DNA from: an uncultured delta proteobacterium
GTDB lineage: Bacteria; Desulfobacterota; Binatia; UBA9968
Length of the DNA: 64,000 bases
Reading direction: 5' to 3'
NCBI GenBank assembly: GCA_963745035.1
Contig: CAVUVW010000015.1
Span: forward strand, 96,001 to 160,000
Shown here: piece by piece, positions 56,982 through 64,000 of the stretch
How positions within the stretch are numbered: the stretch's first letter is position 1
How the letters are laid out: each line of letters begins with the position of its first letter
Position numbers and translations under genes: made by a program
The notes under the pieces: model-generated
What the model was told of the DNA's origin: nothing
Seen by the model: only the letters and a program-made list of their open reading frames with translations
Databases searched by the model: none

Positions 56982-57599
56982 TCAGCGCGAGTCGGCGAAG
57001 CGGCCGAAGTTGGCGAGGATGCGCAGCCCCAATTCCTGGCTTTTCTCGGGATGAAATTGACACGCGAAAAGGGTGTCCGTAGCGATGCTCGAAACGAAAG
57101 CGTCACCGTAGTCGGTGGTCGTGGCGACGATCGAGGGATCGTCGGGCGCGACGTAAAAGGAATGCACGAAATAGACGTACGCGCCGCTTGAAAGCCCTTC
57201 GAGAAACGGCGAATCGAGTTTTTTCTCCAGGCGATTCCAGCCCATGTGGGGAATTTTTAGATTCTCGCCCGGACAGAATCCTTTGACCTTGCCGGAAAAC
57301 AAATCGAGTCCCCGCTGCCGGCCGAATTCTTCGCTCTCGGAAAAGAGCAATTGAAAGCCGAGGCAAATGCCTAAAAACGGCCGCTTGCGCCGCACCACTT
57401 CGCGAATCGGCTCGACCAGACCAAACTTGGCGAGGTTTTCCATGCAGGCGCTGAACGCGCCGACGCCGGGCAGCACGACGCCGCGGGCGGCTTGGATCTG
57501 CGCGATATCACGGGTGACGACCGCTTCCCGGCCGGTCCGCTCCAGCGCCTTCTGCACGCTGCGCAAATTGCCCATCCCGTAATCGACGATCGCGATCAT
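56982..57599 (-). CDS. hisH: imidazole glycerol phosphate synthase, glutaminase subunit
   Basis: DYGMGNLRSV, LPGVGAF, GICLG, PHMGWN, QFHPEKS. Confidence 0.97.
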   Translation of the reverse strand: MIAIVDYGMGNLRSVQKALERTGREAVVTRDIAQIQAARGVVLPGVGAFSACMENLAKFGLVEPIREVVRRKRPFLGICLGFQLLFSESEEFGRQRGLDLFSGKVKGFCPGENLKIPHMGWNRLEKKLDSPFLEGLSSGAYVYFVHSFYVAPDDPSIVATTTDYGDAFVSSIATDTLFACQFHPEKSQELGLRILANFGRFADSR

Positions 57600-57607
57600 A
57601 TCTTAGT

Positions 57608-57652
57608 CTTAAACGACTTGAACTGCTTGAACGTCTTGAACGATTTGACCGT
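57608..57652. repeat. intergenic 9-mer tandem repeat (hisB-hisH junction)
   Basis: CTTAAACGA CTTGAACTG CTTGAACGT CTTGAACGA TTTGACCGT. Confidence 0.75.
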
Positions 57653-57657
57653 AAGCT

Positions 57658-58245
57658 TCAGAGACTCCCCTTGGTCGACAACGCGCCTTCAACGCGCGGA
57701 TCGACTTGCGTCGCCATGTCCATGGCGCGGGCGAAAGCCTTGAAGCAGGCTTCGATGATGTGGTGCGGGTTTTCTCCCTTCGGCACGTCGATGTGCAGGT
57801 TCATGCCGAGTTGATTGGCGAAGGCGGCGAAAAATTCATGCGGCAGGTCGGTGTCGAAATCGCCGACCCGTCCCGGCCGAATCTGCACGTTGTACGAAAG
57901 ATAGGGCCGCCCGCTGAGATCGACGACGACTTTCGCCAACGCCTCGTCCAGCGGGCAACTGGCTTCGCCGAAGCGGCGGATGCCGTGTTTCTCGCCGAGG
58001 GCGTCCTTGAACGCCTGTCCCAGAGCCAAGCCGACGTCTTCCACCGTGTGGTGATAATCGACTTCGAGATCGCCCTTCGCTTGGATGTCGACATTGAAAA
58101 AACCGTGGCGGCTGAAGCTGTCGAGCATGTGGTTGAAAAACGGCATGCCGGTCTCGACCGCGGCTTGTCCCTTGCCGTCGAGATCGAGCTTGACAGTAAT
58201 ATCGGTCTCTTTGGTTTTTCGCGCTACTTTAGCCGATCGTCCCAT
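57658..58245 (-). CDS. hisB: imidazoleglycerol-phosphate dehydratase (monofunctional)
   Basis: RKTKETDI, DYHHTVED, NPHHIIEA, STKG. Confidence 0.97.
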   Translation of the reverse strand: MGRSAKVARKTKETDITVKLDLDGKGQAAVETGMPFFNHMLDSFSRHGFFNVDIQAKGDLEVDYHHTVEDVGLALGQAFKDALGEKHGIRRFGEASCPLDEALAKVVVDLSGRPYLSYNVQIRPGRVGDFDTDLPHEFFAAFANQLGMNLHIDVPKGENPHHIIEACFKAFARAMDMATQVDPRVEGALSTKGSL

Positions 58246-58309
58246 GATTTTCCCTCGCTTCATTCCTGCCCGCGCCGAGCTTTTGCGCGCCGCAATCGCT
58301 CCTTGGAAG

Positions 58310-59605
58310 TCATCTGCCGTTTCTGAATCGCGCCTCTACCGAGCGCGCGTGTTCATCCAGGCCTTCGAGGCGCGCCAGTTGGGTGAGCTTGGGCGCCAAA
58401 CTGCGCAGCGCCCGTTTTTCCGCGTGGATGACGGTGGTGCGCTTTAAAAAATCGTAAGTGCCGAGCGGCGAAAAAAAGCGCGCGCTGCCGCCCGTCGGCA
58501 AAACGTGATTGGGGCCAGCGAGATAATCGCCGAGCGGCGGCGGCGAATAGGGCCCGAGAAACATCGCCCCGGCGTTGCGAATGCGCTTCGCCATCCGCTC
58601 CGGTCGCCGGACGATCAACTCGATATGCTCCGGCGCAATCGTATTTGCGAGATCGACCATCTCCGTCGCGCCGCGCGCGACGATGATCGCGCCGTACTTT
58701 GCCAGTGACTTCAAAGTGATCGCGCGCCGCCGGGTGCCGCGCAGCTGCGCTTCGACGGCGCGCTGAATTCTTGCCGCGACCGCCGACGACGTGGTCACGC
58801 ACAGCGCCGCCGCCAGCTCATCGTGCTCGGCCTGCGAAAGCATGTCGGCGGCGACGTGCAGCGGATCGGCCGAATCGTCGGCCAGCAGCAGAATCTCGCT
58901 CGGTCCGGCGATGGAGTCGATGTTCACTTCGCCGAACACCATGCGCTTGGCGGTGGCGACAAAGATATTTCCCGGTCCGACGATCTTGTCCACTTTGGGA
59001 ATCGTGTTCGTGCCGAAAGCGAGAGCGGCGACCGCTTGGGCGCCGCCGACGCGAAAGATGCGGTCTACGCCGGCGATGTGCGCCGCGGCGAGAATGATCG
59101 CGCCGTTTACGCCGATCGGTGAAGTCATGACGATTTCCTTCACGCCGGCGACCTTGGCGGGAATCGCGTTCATCAGAACCGTCGACGGATACGACGCCTT
59201 GCCGCCGGGAACGTAAATCCCGACTCGCTCGAGCGGCGTGATGCGTTGGCCGAGCATCATGCCGAGCGGATCGCGATAGCGCCAACTGGCTTGCCGCTGG
59301 CGGCGGTGAAAGGCCGCGATCCGCTTGGCGGCAAGGCGCAACGTGGTCAGGTCTTTGCGCGCCACTTGGCGCATCGCCCGCTCGACCTCGGCGGGCTGCA
59401 CTTCGACCGCCGCCGGGGTGAGCCGGACGCCGTCGAACATGGCGGTGTAGCGCAGCAGCGCGCGGTCGCCTTGTTTTTGCACGGCGGCGACGATTGCCGA
59501 CACGCGCCGCTCCACCGCGCCGTCGCGGACGCCGCGCCGCTCGAGAATCTTTCTGAGCAGCGGCTTGAAGCCGGGGTCGGAAGTTTTGACCAATCTGATC
59601 GCCAT
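58310..59605 (-). CDS. hisD: histidinol dehydrogenase
   Basis: YVPGG, GPGNIFV, AGPSE, QAEHD, APEH, GPNHVLPT. Confidence 0.97.
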   Translation of the reverse strand: MAIRLVKTSDPGFKPLLRKILERRGVRDGAVERRVSAIVAAVQKQGDRALLRYTAMFDGVRLTPAAVEVQPAEVERAMRQVARKDLTTLRLAAKRIAAFHRRQRQASWRYRDPLGMMLGQRITPLERVGIYVPGGKASYPSTVLMNAIPAKVAGVKEIVMTSPIGVNGAIILAAAHIAGVDRIFRVGGAQAVAALAFGTNTIPKVDKIVGPGNIFVATAKRMVFGEVNIDSIAGPSEILLLADDSADPLHVAADMLSQAEHDELAAALCVTTSSAVAARIQRAVEAQLRGTRRRAITLKSLAKYGAIIVARGATEMVDLANTIAPEHIELIVRRPERMAKRIRNAGAMFLGPYSPPPLGDYLAGPNHVLPTGGSARFFSPLGTYDFLKRTTVIHAEKRALRSLAPKLTQLARLEGLDEHARSVEARFRNGR

Positions 59606-59670
59606 TCGTGATTGCTCGCCTGAATCCCTGGTTTTCTACCTTGAACTTTTGGACCGAACCTCGAACGATC

Positions 59671-60939
59671 TCACGCTTTCACGCGCACGATCTGCGCGCC
59701 CAAAAGGGAAAGCTTCCGCTCGATCTGCTCATAGCCCCGGTCCAGATGATAAACGCGCGATACTTCGGTCGTGCCGTTGGCCACAAGCCCGGCGAGCACA
59801 AGCGCCACGCTCGCGCGCAGGTCGCTGGCCATGACCGGCGCTCCCGACAACTGCTCCGCACCGCGCACCACGGCGCGATTGCCCTCGAGCTTGATCTGCG
59901 CGCCCATGCGGTCGAGCTCCTGGACATGCATGAAACGGTTCTCGAAGATCGTCTCGGTGATCACGCTCACGCCGTCGGCAATTGCCATCAGCACCATCAT
60001 CTGGGCCTGCAGGTCGGTGGGAAACCCGGGATACGGCAACGTCGTAACGTCGACGCTCTTGATCTTGCCGTTGCGTCGCACGCGGATGCCGTCGGCGTCG
60101 TCCGTGAGAACCACGCCGGCCTCTTTGAGCTTGATCAAGAACGCTTCGAGATGATCCGTTCGCGCGCCGCGCACCAGCACGTCTCCGCCCGATAACGCCG
60201 CCGCGATCACGAAGCTTCCCGCTTCGATGCGGTCGGGAATGATCCGGTGCGTCGTTCCGCGCAACGCGTCGACGCCGTCGATCTGCACGATATCGCCGCC
60301 GGCGCCTTGCACGCGCGCGCCCATTTCGTTGAGCGCCGCGGCGAGATCGCAGATCTCGGGCTCCTTCGCGGCATTCTCGATCACCGTGGTGCCTTCGGCG
60401 AGGGTCGCCGCCATGATGAGATTCTCGGTGGCGCCGACCGACGGCAAATCGAGATAAATCTTCGCGCCGCGCAGCCGCTTCGCCGTCGCCTCCACGTAGC
60501 CGTGGCTTTGCTCGATCGCCGCGCCCATCGCTTCGAGGCCTTTCAGGTGCAGATTGATCGGCCGGGCACCGATGGCGCAGCCGCCGGGAGTCGAGACCCG
60601 CGCGCGCCCAAAGCGCGCCAGCAAAGGACCCAAAACTAAAAACGACGCCCGCATGGTTTTCACCAGATCGTAGGGCGCCTCGAACTTGCCGATGGTGTCG
60701 GCGCGCAAACTGACCTCGTCCGCGCCATCGCGCCAGCGCTGCTGGTCGACCTTTACCCCGAGGCCCGCGAGCAGCTTGAGGGTGGTCTGAATGTCGGCAA
60801 GGTGCGGCACCGACCGATAGACACAGGACTCGCGCGTCAGCAGCGAAGCGATCAAAATCGGCAAAGCGGCGTTCTTCGCGCCGCTCACGCTGACTTCGCC
60901 GGCAAGACTCTTGCCGCCTTGGATGATGATCTTGTCCAC
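59671..60939 (-). CDS. murA: UDP-N-acetylglucosamine 1-carboxyvinyltransferase
   Basis: [42 protein letters not shown]. Confidence 0.98.
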   Translation of the reverse strand: MDKIIIQGGKSLAGEVSVSGAKNAALPILIASLLTRESCVYRSVPHLADIQTTLKLLAGLGVKVDQQRWRDGADEVSLRADTIGKFEAPYDLVKTMRASFLVLGPLLARFGRARVSTPGGCAIGARPINLHLKGLEAMGAAIEQSHGYVEATAKRLRGAKIYLDLPSVGATENLIMAATLAEGTTVIENAAKEPEICDLAAALNEMGARVQGAGGDIVQIDGVDALRGTTHRIIPDRIEAGSFVIAAALSGGDVLVRGARTDHLEAFLIKLKEAGVVLTDDADGIRVRRNGKIKSVDVTTLPYPGFPTDLQAQMMVLMAIADGVSVITETIFENRFMHVQELDRMGAQIKLEGNRAVVRGAEQLSGAPVMASDLRASVALVLAGLVANGTTEVSRVYHLDRGYEQIERKLSLLGAQIVRVKA

Positions 60940-60944
60940 GAGCG

Positions 60945-61853
60945 TTACTGCGCGCCGGCGATTTTGCGCGCGGTAACGGCGCGCTGACGGCCGGCGTAAT
61001 CCCTATAAATGGAAATTCGGCGCCAACCGCCGGCGGCTTGAAAAAGTCGCTCTACGATCTCGCCGGTCCCGGCGCCGATCTCGACCAGCAGCGCGCCGCC
61101 GGGCGCCAAGTAATCGCAAGCCCGCGCCGCGAGCAGCCGGTAAAAGTCGAGGCCGTCGGCGCCACCGTCCAACGCCGCGCGCGGCTCCCACCGCCTCACT
61201 TCGGGTTGGAGCGCGGCGATGTCGGCGCTACGGACGTACGGCGGATTCGACACGATGAAGTCGTAGCATGCGCGCCCCGGCACGGCGTCAAAAAGATCGC
61301 CTTCGACAAAGCGAATTCTTTTGCCGACGTGGTTGCGCTCGGCGTTCTCCTGGGCCAGCGCCAGCGCTCTGGTCGAAACGTCGGTGGCGAGAACTTCCGC
61401 GTTTTTGAGCTCGCTCGCCAACGCCACCGCGATCGCGCCGCTGCCGGTGCCGAGGTCGAGGATTCGAAGCAGCGCGCCTGAACCGCGCCGCCGCGCCAGC
61501 TCCAGCGCAATCTCGACCAGCAGCTCGGTCTCCGGCCGGGGAATCAACACGTCGGGGTTTACATGAAAAACGAGCGACCAGAATTCGCGCGCGCCGGTGA
61601 TATACGCCGTCGGCTCGCGCTCGAGACGGCGCAGCAGCAGCCGTTCATAAATTCTCGCCTGCCGGTCGTCGACCGGCTCGTCGGCGCAGGCGATCACCTG
61701 CTCGCGACCAACGCCGAGCGCATGGCCGAGCAAAACCTCAGCATCACGCGCGCCGCTCTCGATGCCCGCGGCGCTCAAGCGCTGCGCCGCTTGGCGTAGG
61801 AGCACGCCGCCGCGCCGCGCGGCATCATTCGCCGCGGCTGTCAGATTTTCCAT
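60945..61853 (-). CDS. prmC: release factor glutamine methyltransferase
   Basis: [28 protein letters not shown]. Confidence 0.96.
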   Translation of the reverse strand: MENLTAAANDAARRGGVLLRQAAQRLSAAGIESGARDAEVLLGHALGVGREQVIACADEPVDDRQARIYERLLLRRLEREPTAYITGAREFWSLVFHVNPDVLIPRPETELLVEIALELARRRGSGALLRILDLGTGSGAIAVALASELKNAEVLATDVSTRALALAQENAERNHVGKRIRFVEGDLFDAVPGRACYDFIVSNPPYVRSADIAALQPEVRRWEPRAALDGGADGLDFYRLLAARACDYLAPGGALLVEIGAGTGEIVERLFQAAGGWRRISIYRDYAGRQRAVTARKIAGAQ

Positions 61854-62928
61854 TGTGTTCCGCCGAGCCGGTCGCCTTGAGCACCTCCGCCTGATGGTAG
61901 GTGATCAGCGCGTCGACGACTTCGTCGAGCTCCCCTTCCATGACCCGCTCGAGCTTGTAAAGCGTAAAATTGATCCGATGGTCGGTCAGCCGCCCCTGGG
62001 GGAAATTATACGTGCGAATGCGTTCGCTGCGGTCGCCGCTCCCAACCATCAACTTGCGCGTGGCGGCGATCTCCGAGCGCTGCTCCTCCTGCTTGCGTTC
62101 GAGCAGGCGCGCGCGCAGAATTTTCATGCCCTTGGCGCGGTTTTTGTGCTGTGACTTCTCGTCCTGGCAGGAGATAACGATGCCGGTCGGAATATGGGTG
62201 ATGCGCACAGCCGAGTCCGTCGTATTGACGCTTTGACCCCCGGGTCCCGAGGAGCGAAAGACGTCGATACGGATCTCTTTCGGATCAATGGCGATCTCCA
62301 CCTCGTCCGCTTCGGCTAGCACCGCCACCGTGACTGCAGAGGTGTGAATGCGGCCGGAGCCTTCGGTCACGGGAACGCGTTGCACGCGGTGCACGCCGCC
62401 TTCGAACTTGAGCCGCGAATAGGCGCCCTGGCCCTCGATGCTCATGATGATTTCTTTATAGCCCCCCAAGCCGGTGGGATTGGAGCTCATCATCTCGACG
62501 CGCCAGCGGCGTGACTCGGCGTAGCGGGTATACATGCGGAACAGCTCGGCCGCGAACAGCGCGGCTTCGTCGCCGCCCGTGCCGGCGCGGATTTCGACGA
62601 TGACGTTTTTCGCGTCGTTGGGATCTTTCGGGAGAATCAGCAGCTTGAGCCGCTCTTCGAGGACGGCTTTGCGCTCGCGCAGGGACACGAGCTCTTCCTT
62701 GGCGAGCTCACGGATCGCTTCGTCGGCCTCTTCGAGGAGCTGGCGATTGTCGTGGATCTCCTGCTCCACTTTGCGCCAGTCGCGAAAGCAGCCGACGATC
62801 TCCTCCAGCTCGGCGCGTTCCTTGGCAAGCTTGGAGTATTCCCTTTGCTGGCCGAGGAGCTGGGGATCAGACATCATCTGCTCCAGTTCCACGTAGCGCT
62901 TTTCGACTTCAGCTAGTTTATCAAGCAT
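61825..62928 (-). CDS. prfA: peptide chain release factor 1
   Basis: RVPVTE (PxT), [17 protein letters not shown]. Confidence 0.98.
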   Translation of the reverse strand: MLDKLAEVEKRYVELEQMMSDPQLLGQQREYSKLAKERAELEEIVGCFRDWRKVEQEIHDNRQLLEEADEAIRELAKEELVSLRERKAVLEERLKLLILPKDPNDAKNVIVEIRAGTGGDEAALFAAELFRMYTRYAESRRWRVEMMSSNPTGLGGYKEIIMSIEGQGAYSRLKFEGGVHRVQRVPVTEGSGRIHTSAVTVAVLAEADEVEIAIDPKEIRIDVFRSSGPGGQSVNTTDSAVRITHIPTGIVISCQDEKSQHKNRAKGMKILRARLLERKQEEQRSEIAATRKLMVGSGDRSERIRTYNFPQGRLTDHRINFTLYKLERVMEGELDEVVDALITYHQAEVLKATGSAEHNGKSDSRGE

Positions 62929-62961
62929 GGCGAGCCCGCCGTCCGAAAAACACCCGGCGCA

Positions 62962-63004
62962 AATAAAAAAAGGGCAAAGGGATGACTGCTGCCCTTTGCC
63001 CTTT
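62962..63004 (-). terminator. intrinsic terminator between rpmE and prfA
   Basis: 13-bp stem AAAGGGCAAAGGG / CCCTTTGCCCTTT running into a T tract on the minus strand. Confidence 0.75.
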
Positions 63005-63039
63005 CCGTTGCCGCAAAAGCTAGTGACTCACATTCAGCC

Positions 63040-63255
63040 TCAGGCCTCCGCTGAGTTCTTCAGCCCGTACTTCTTTCTGAACTTCTCGACGCGGCCGGCG
63101 GAGTCAACGAATTTCTGCTTGCCGGTAAAAAAGGGATGGCAGTTGGAGCAAATTTCGACGTGGATGCTGCCCGCCGTCGAGCGCGTTTCCACGGTGTGGC
63201 CGCAGGCGCATACAATCGTCGTGTTTTTGTATTCCGGATGGATGCCAGCTTTCAT
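63040..63255 (-). CDS. rpmE: 50S ribosomal protein L31 (zinc-binding form)
   Basis: [29 protein letters not shown]. Confidence 0.98.
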   Translation of the reverse strand: MKAGIHPEYKNTTIVCACGHTVETRSTAGSIHVEICSNCHPFFTGKQKFVDSAGRVEKFRKKYGLKNSAEA

Positions 63256-63278
63256 AAATTCCTCTCAAACGAGCAGTT

Positions 63279-63307
63279 TTTATAACATAAGGTCCGATGC
63301 GCTTCAA
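63279..63307 (-). promoter_or_regulatory. sigma70 promoter of rpmE
   Basis: TTGAAG-N17-TATAAA with an extended TG. Confidence 0.55.
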
Positions 63308-63367
63308 TCACGGCGCTCGGCGCTCCGGGCAGCGGATGCGAGATCCGACCTGCATTTTCCGTTTAGA

Positions 63368-63396
63368 TTGCCAAAAACCTCATAAGCCCCTAAAAT
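63368..63396 (+). promoter_or_regulatory. sigma70 promoter of the ATPase gene
   Basis: TTGCCA-N17-TAAAAT. Confidence 0.6.
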
Positions 63397-63432
63397 GCGG
63401 CCCAAGCACCGGGAATGGGTGCCGAGATTTTC

Positions 63433-63448
63433 CAGAACCTAGGTTCTG
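63433..63448. promoter_or_regulatory. perfect 16-bp palindrome, candidate operator
   Basis: CAGAACCTAGGTTCTG between the -10 box and the RBS. Confidence 0.45.
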
Positions 63449-63477
63449 AGGCCGCTAGATCGGAGGGTAAAATAGCC

Positions 63478-64000
63478 ATGAGCAAGCCGCAGCCAGCCAA
63501 CTCGCCGGCACCGACGTATGTTCCTCCCCTGCCATTGAAAGCAGAAAACACCCGGCTCGACTTCGGCTTTCTCGCTGATTTGGCTCTGAAGACCGTCTAC
63601 GCCGATGCCAATTGCGCAACCGACCGAGCCGCCGAGAGGCTCAAGTTATCCATGCCCATCACCGAAGAGTTGCTGCAGCATCTCTACCGTGAAAAATTCA
63701 TCGAAATCCGCGGTCTCTTGAGCTACGGCAACAACCGTTACGGTATGCTCGACCGCGGCTGGCAGCGCGCCCAGCAATTGCTCGAGATGAACGGCTATAT
63801 CGGTCCGGCGCCGGTCTCGTTGCACGAATACAGCGAAATGATCCTGCGCCAAAGCGCGGCGCGAGACCCGATTCAGCCGGAGGCGGTGACTTCGGCTTTG
63901 TCCGGGCTCGTTCTTCCCGACGGCACGGTGCAGACTTTGGGCTTGGTCGCCAATTCGCGCCGCAGCCTGTTCATGACCGGACCTTCCGGCAACGGCAAGA
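63478..64000 (+). CDS. P-loop/AAA ATPase, partial (runs off the window; absent from the ORF track)
   Basis: GGAGG RBS, then MSKPQ..LADLALK..YIGPAPVSL..Y..SLFMTGPSGNGK (Walker A). Confidence 0.85.
   Translation, partial: MSKPQPANSPAPTYVPPLPLKAENTRLDFGFLADLALKTVYADANCATDRAAERLKLSMPITEELLQHLYREKFIEIRGLLSYGNNRYGMLDRGWQRAQQLLEMNGYIGPAPVSLHEYSEMILRQSAARDPIQPEAVTSALSGLVLPDGTVQTLGLVANSRRSLFMTGPSGNGK

Overview
High-GC bacterial chromosomal window. The gene orders xerC-hslV-hslU-argB-argD-argF-argG-argH-lipoprotein-lysA-dapF-dapA-dapB and rpmE-prfA-prmC-murA-his resemble Deltaproteobacteria sensu lato (a Binatia/Desulfobacterota-like host is an inference only). From left to right: (1) a short exported Cys/His peptide ending in a RAPP motif; (2) an ECF sigma / ZAS anti-sigma / DUF3106 / DUF1800 / Tat-DUF1501 operon; (3) a small GIY-YIG nuclease next to an inverted pair of GTAG-type palindromic repeats; (4) a heterodimeric ABC exporter and alpha2-type GlyRS; (5) an AT-richer island of about 9 kb for amino-sugar synthesis and lipid-carrier glycosylation; (6) lysine and arginine biosynthesis, hslVU and xerC; (7) an apparently complete aryl-polyene type II PKS/FAS cluster of about 17.7 kb with an aromatic ammonia-lyase and a halogenase-like flavoprotein; (8) a decayed carbamoyltransferase remnant; (9) hisDBHA, murA, prmC, prfA, rpmE and a partial P-loop ATPase. 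About 20 genes, including housekeeping genes, are split by single-base indels. This points to long-read consensus errors, so they are reported as CDS rather than pseudogenes. No rRNA, tRNA, CRISPR array or transposase was recognised. All family calls come from motif recognition by eye, not from database searches.
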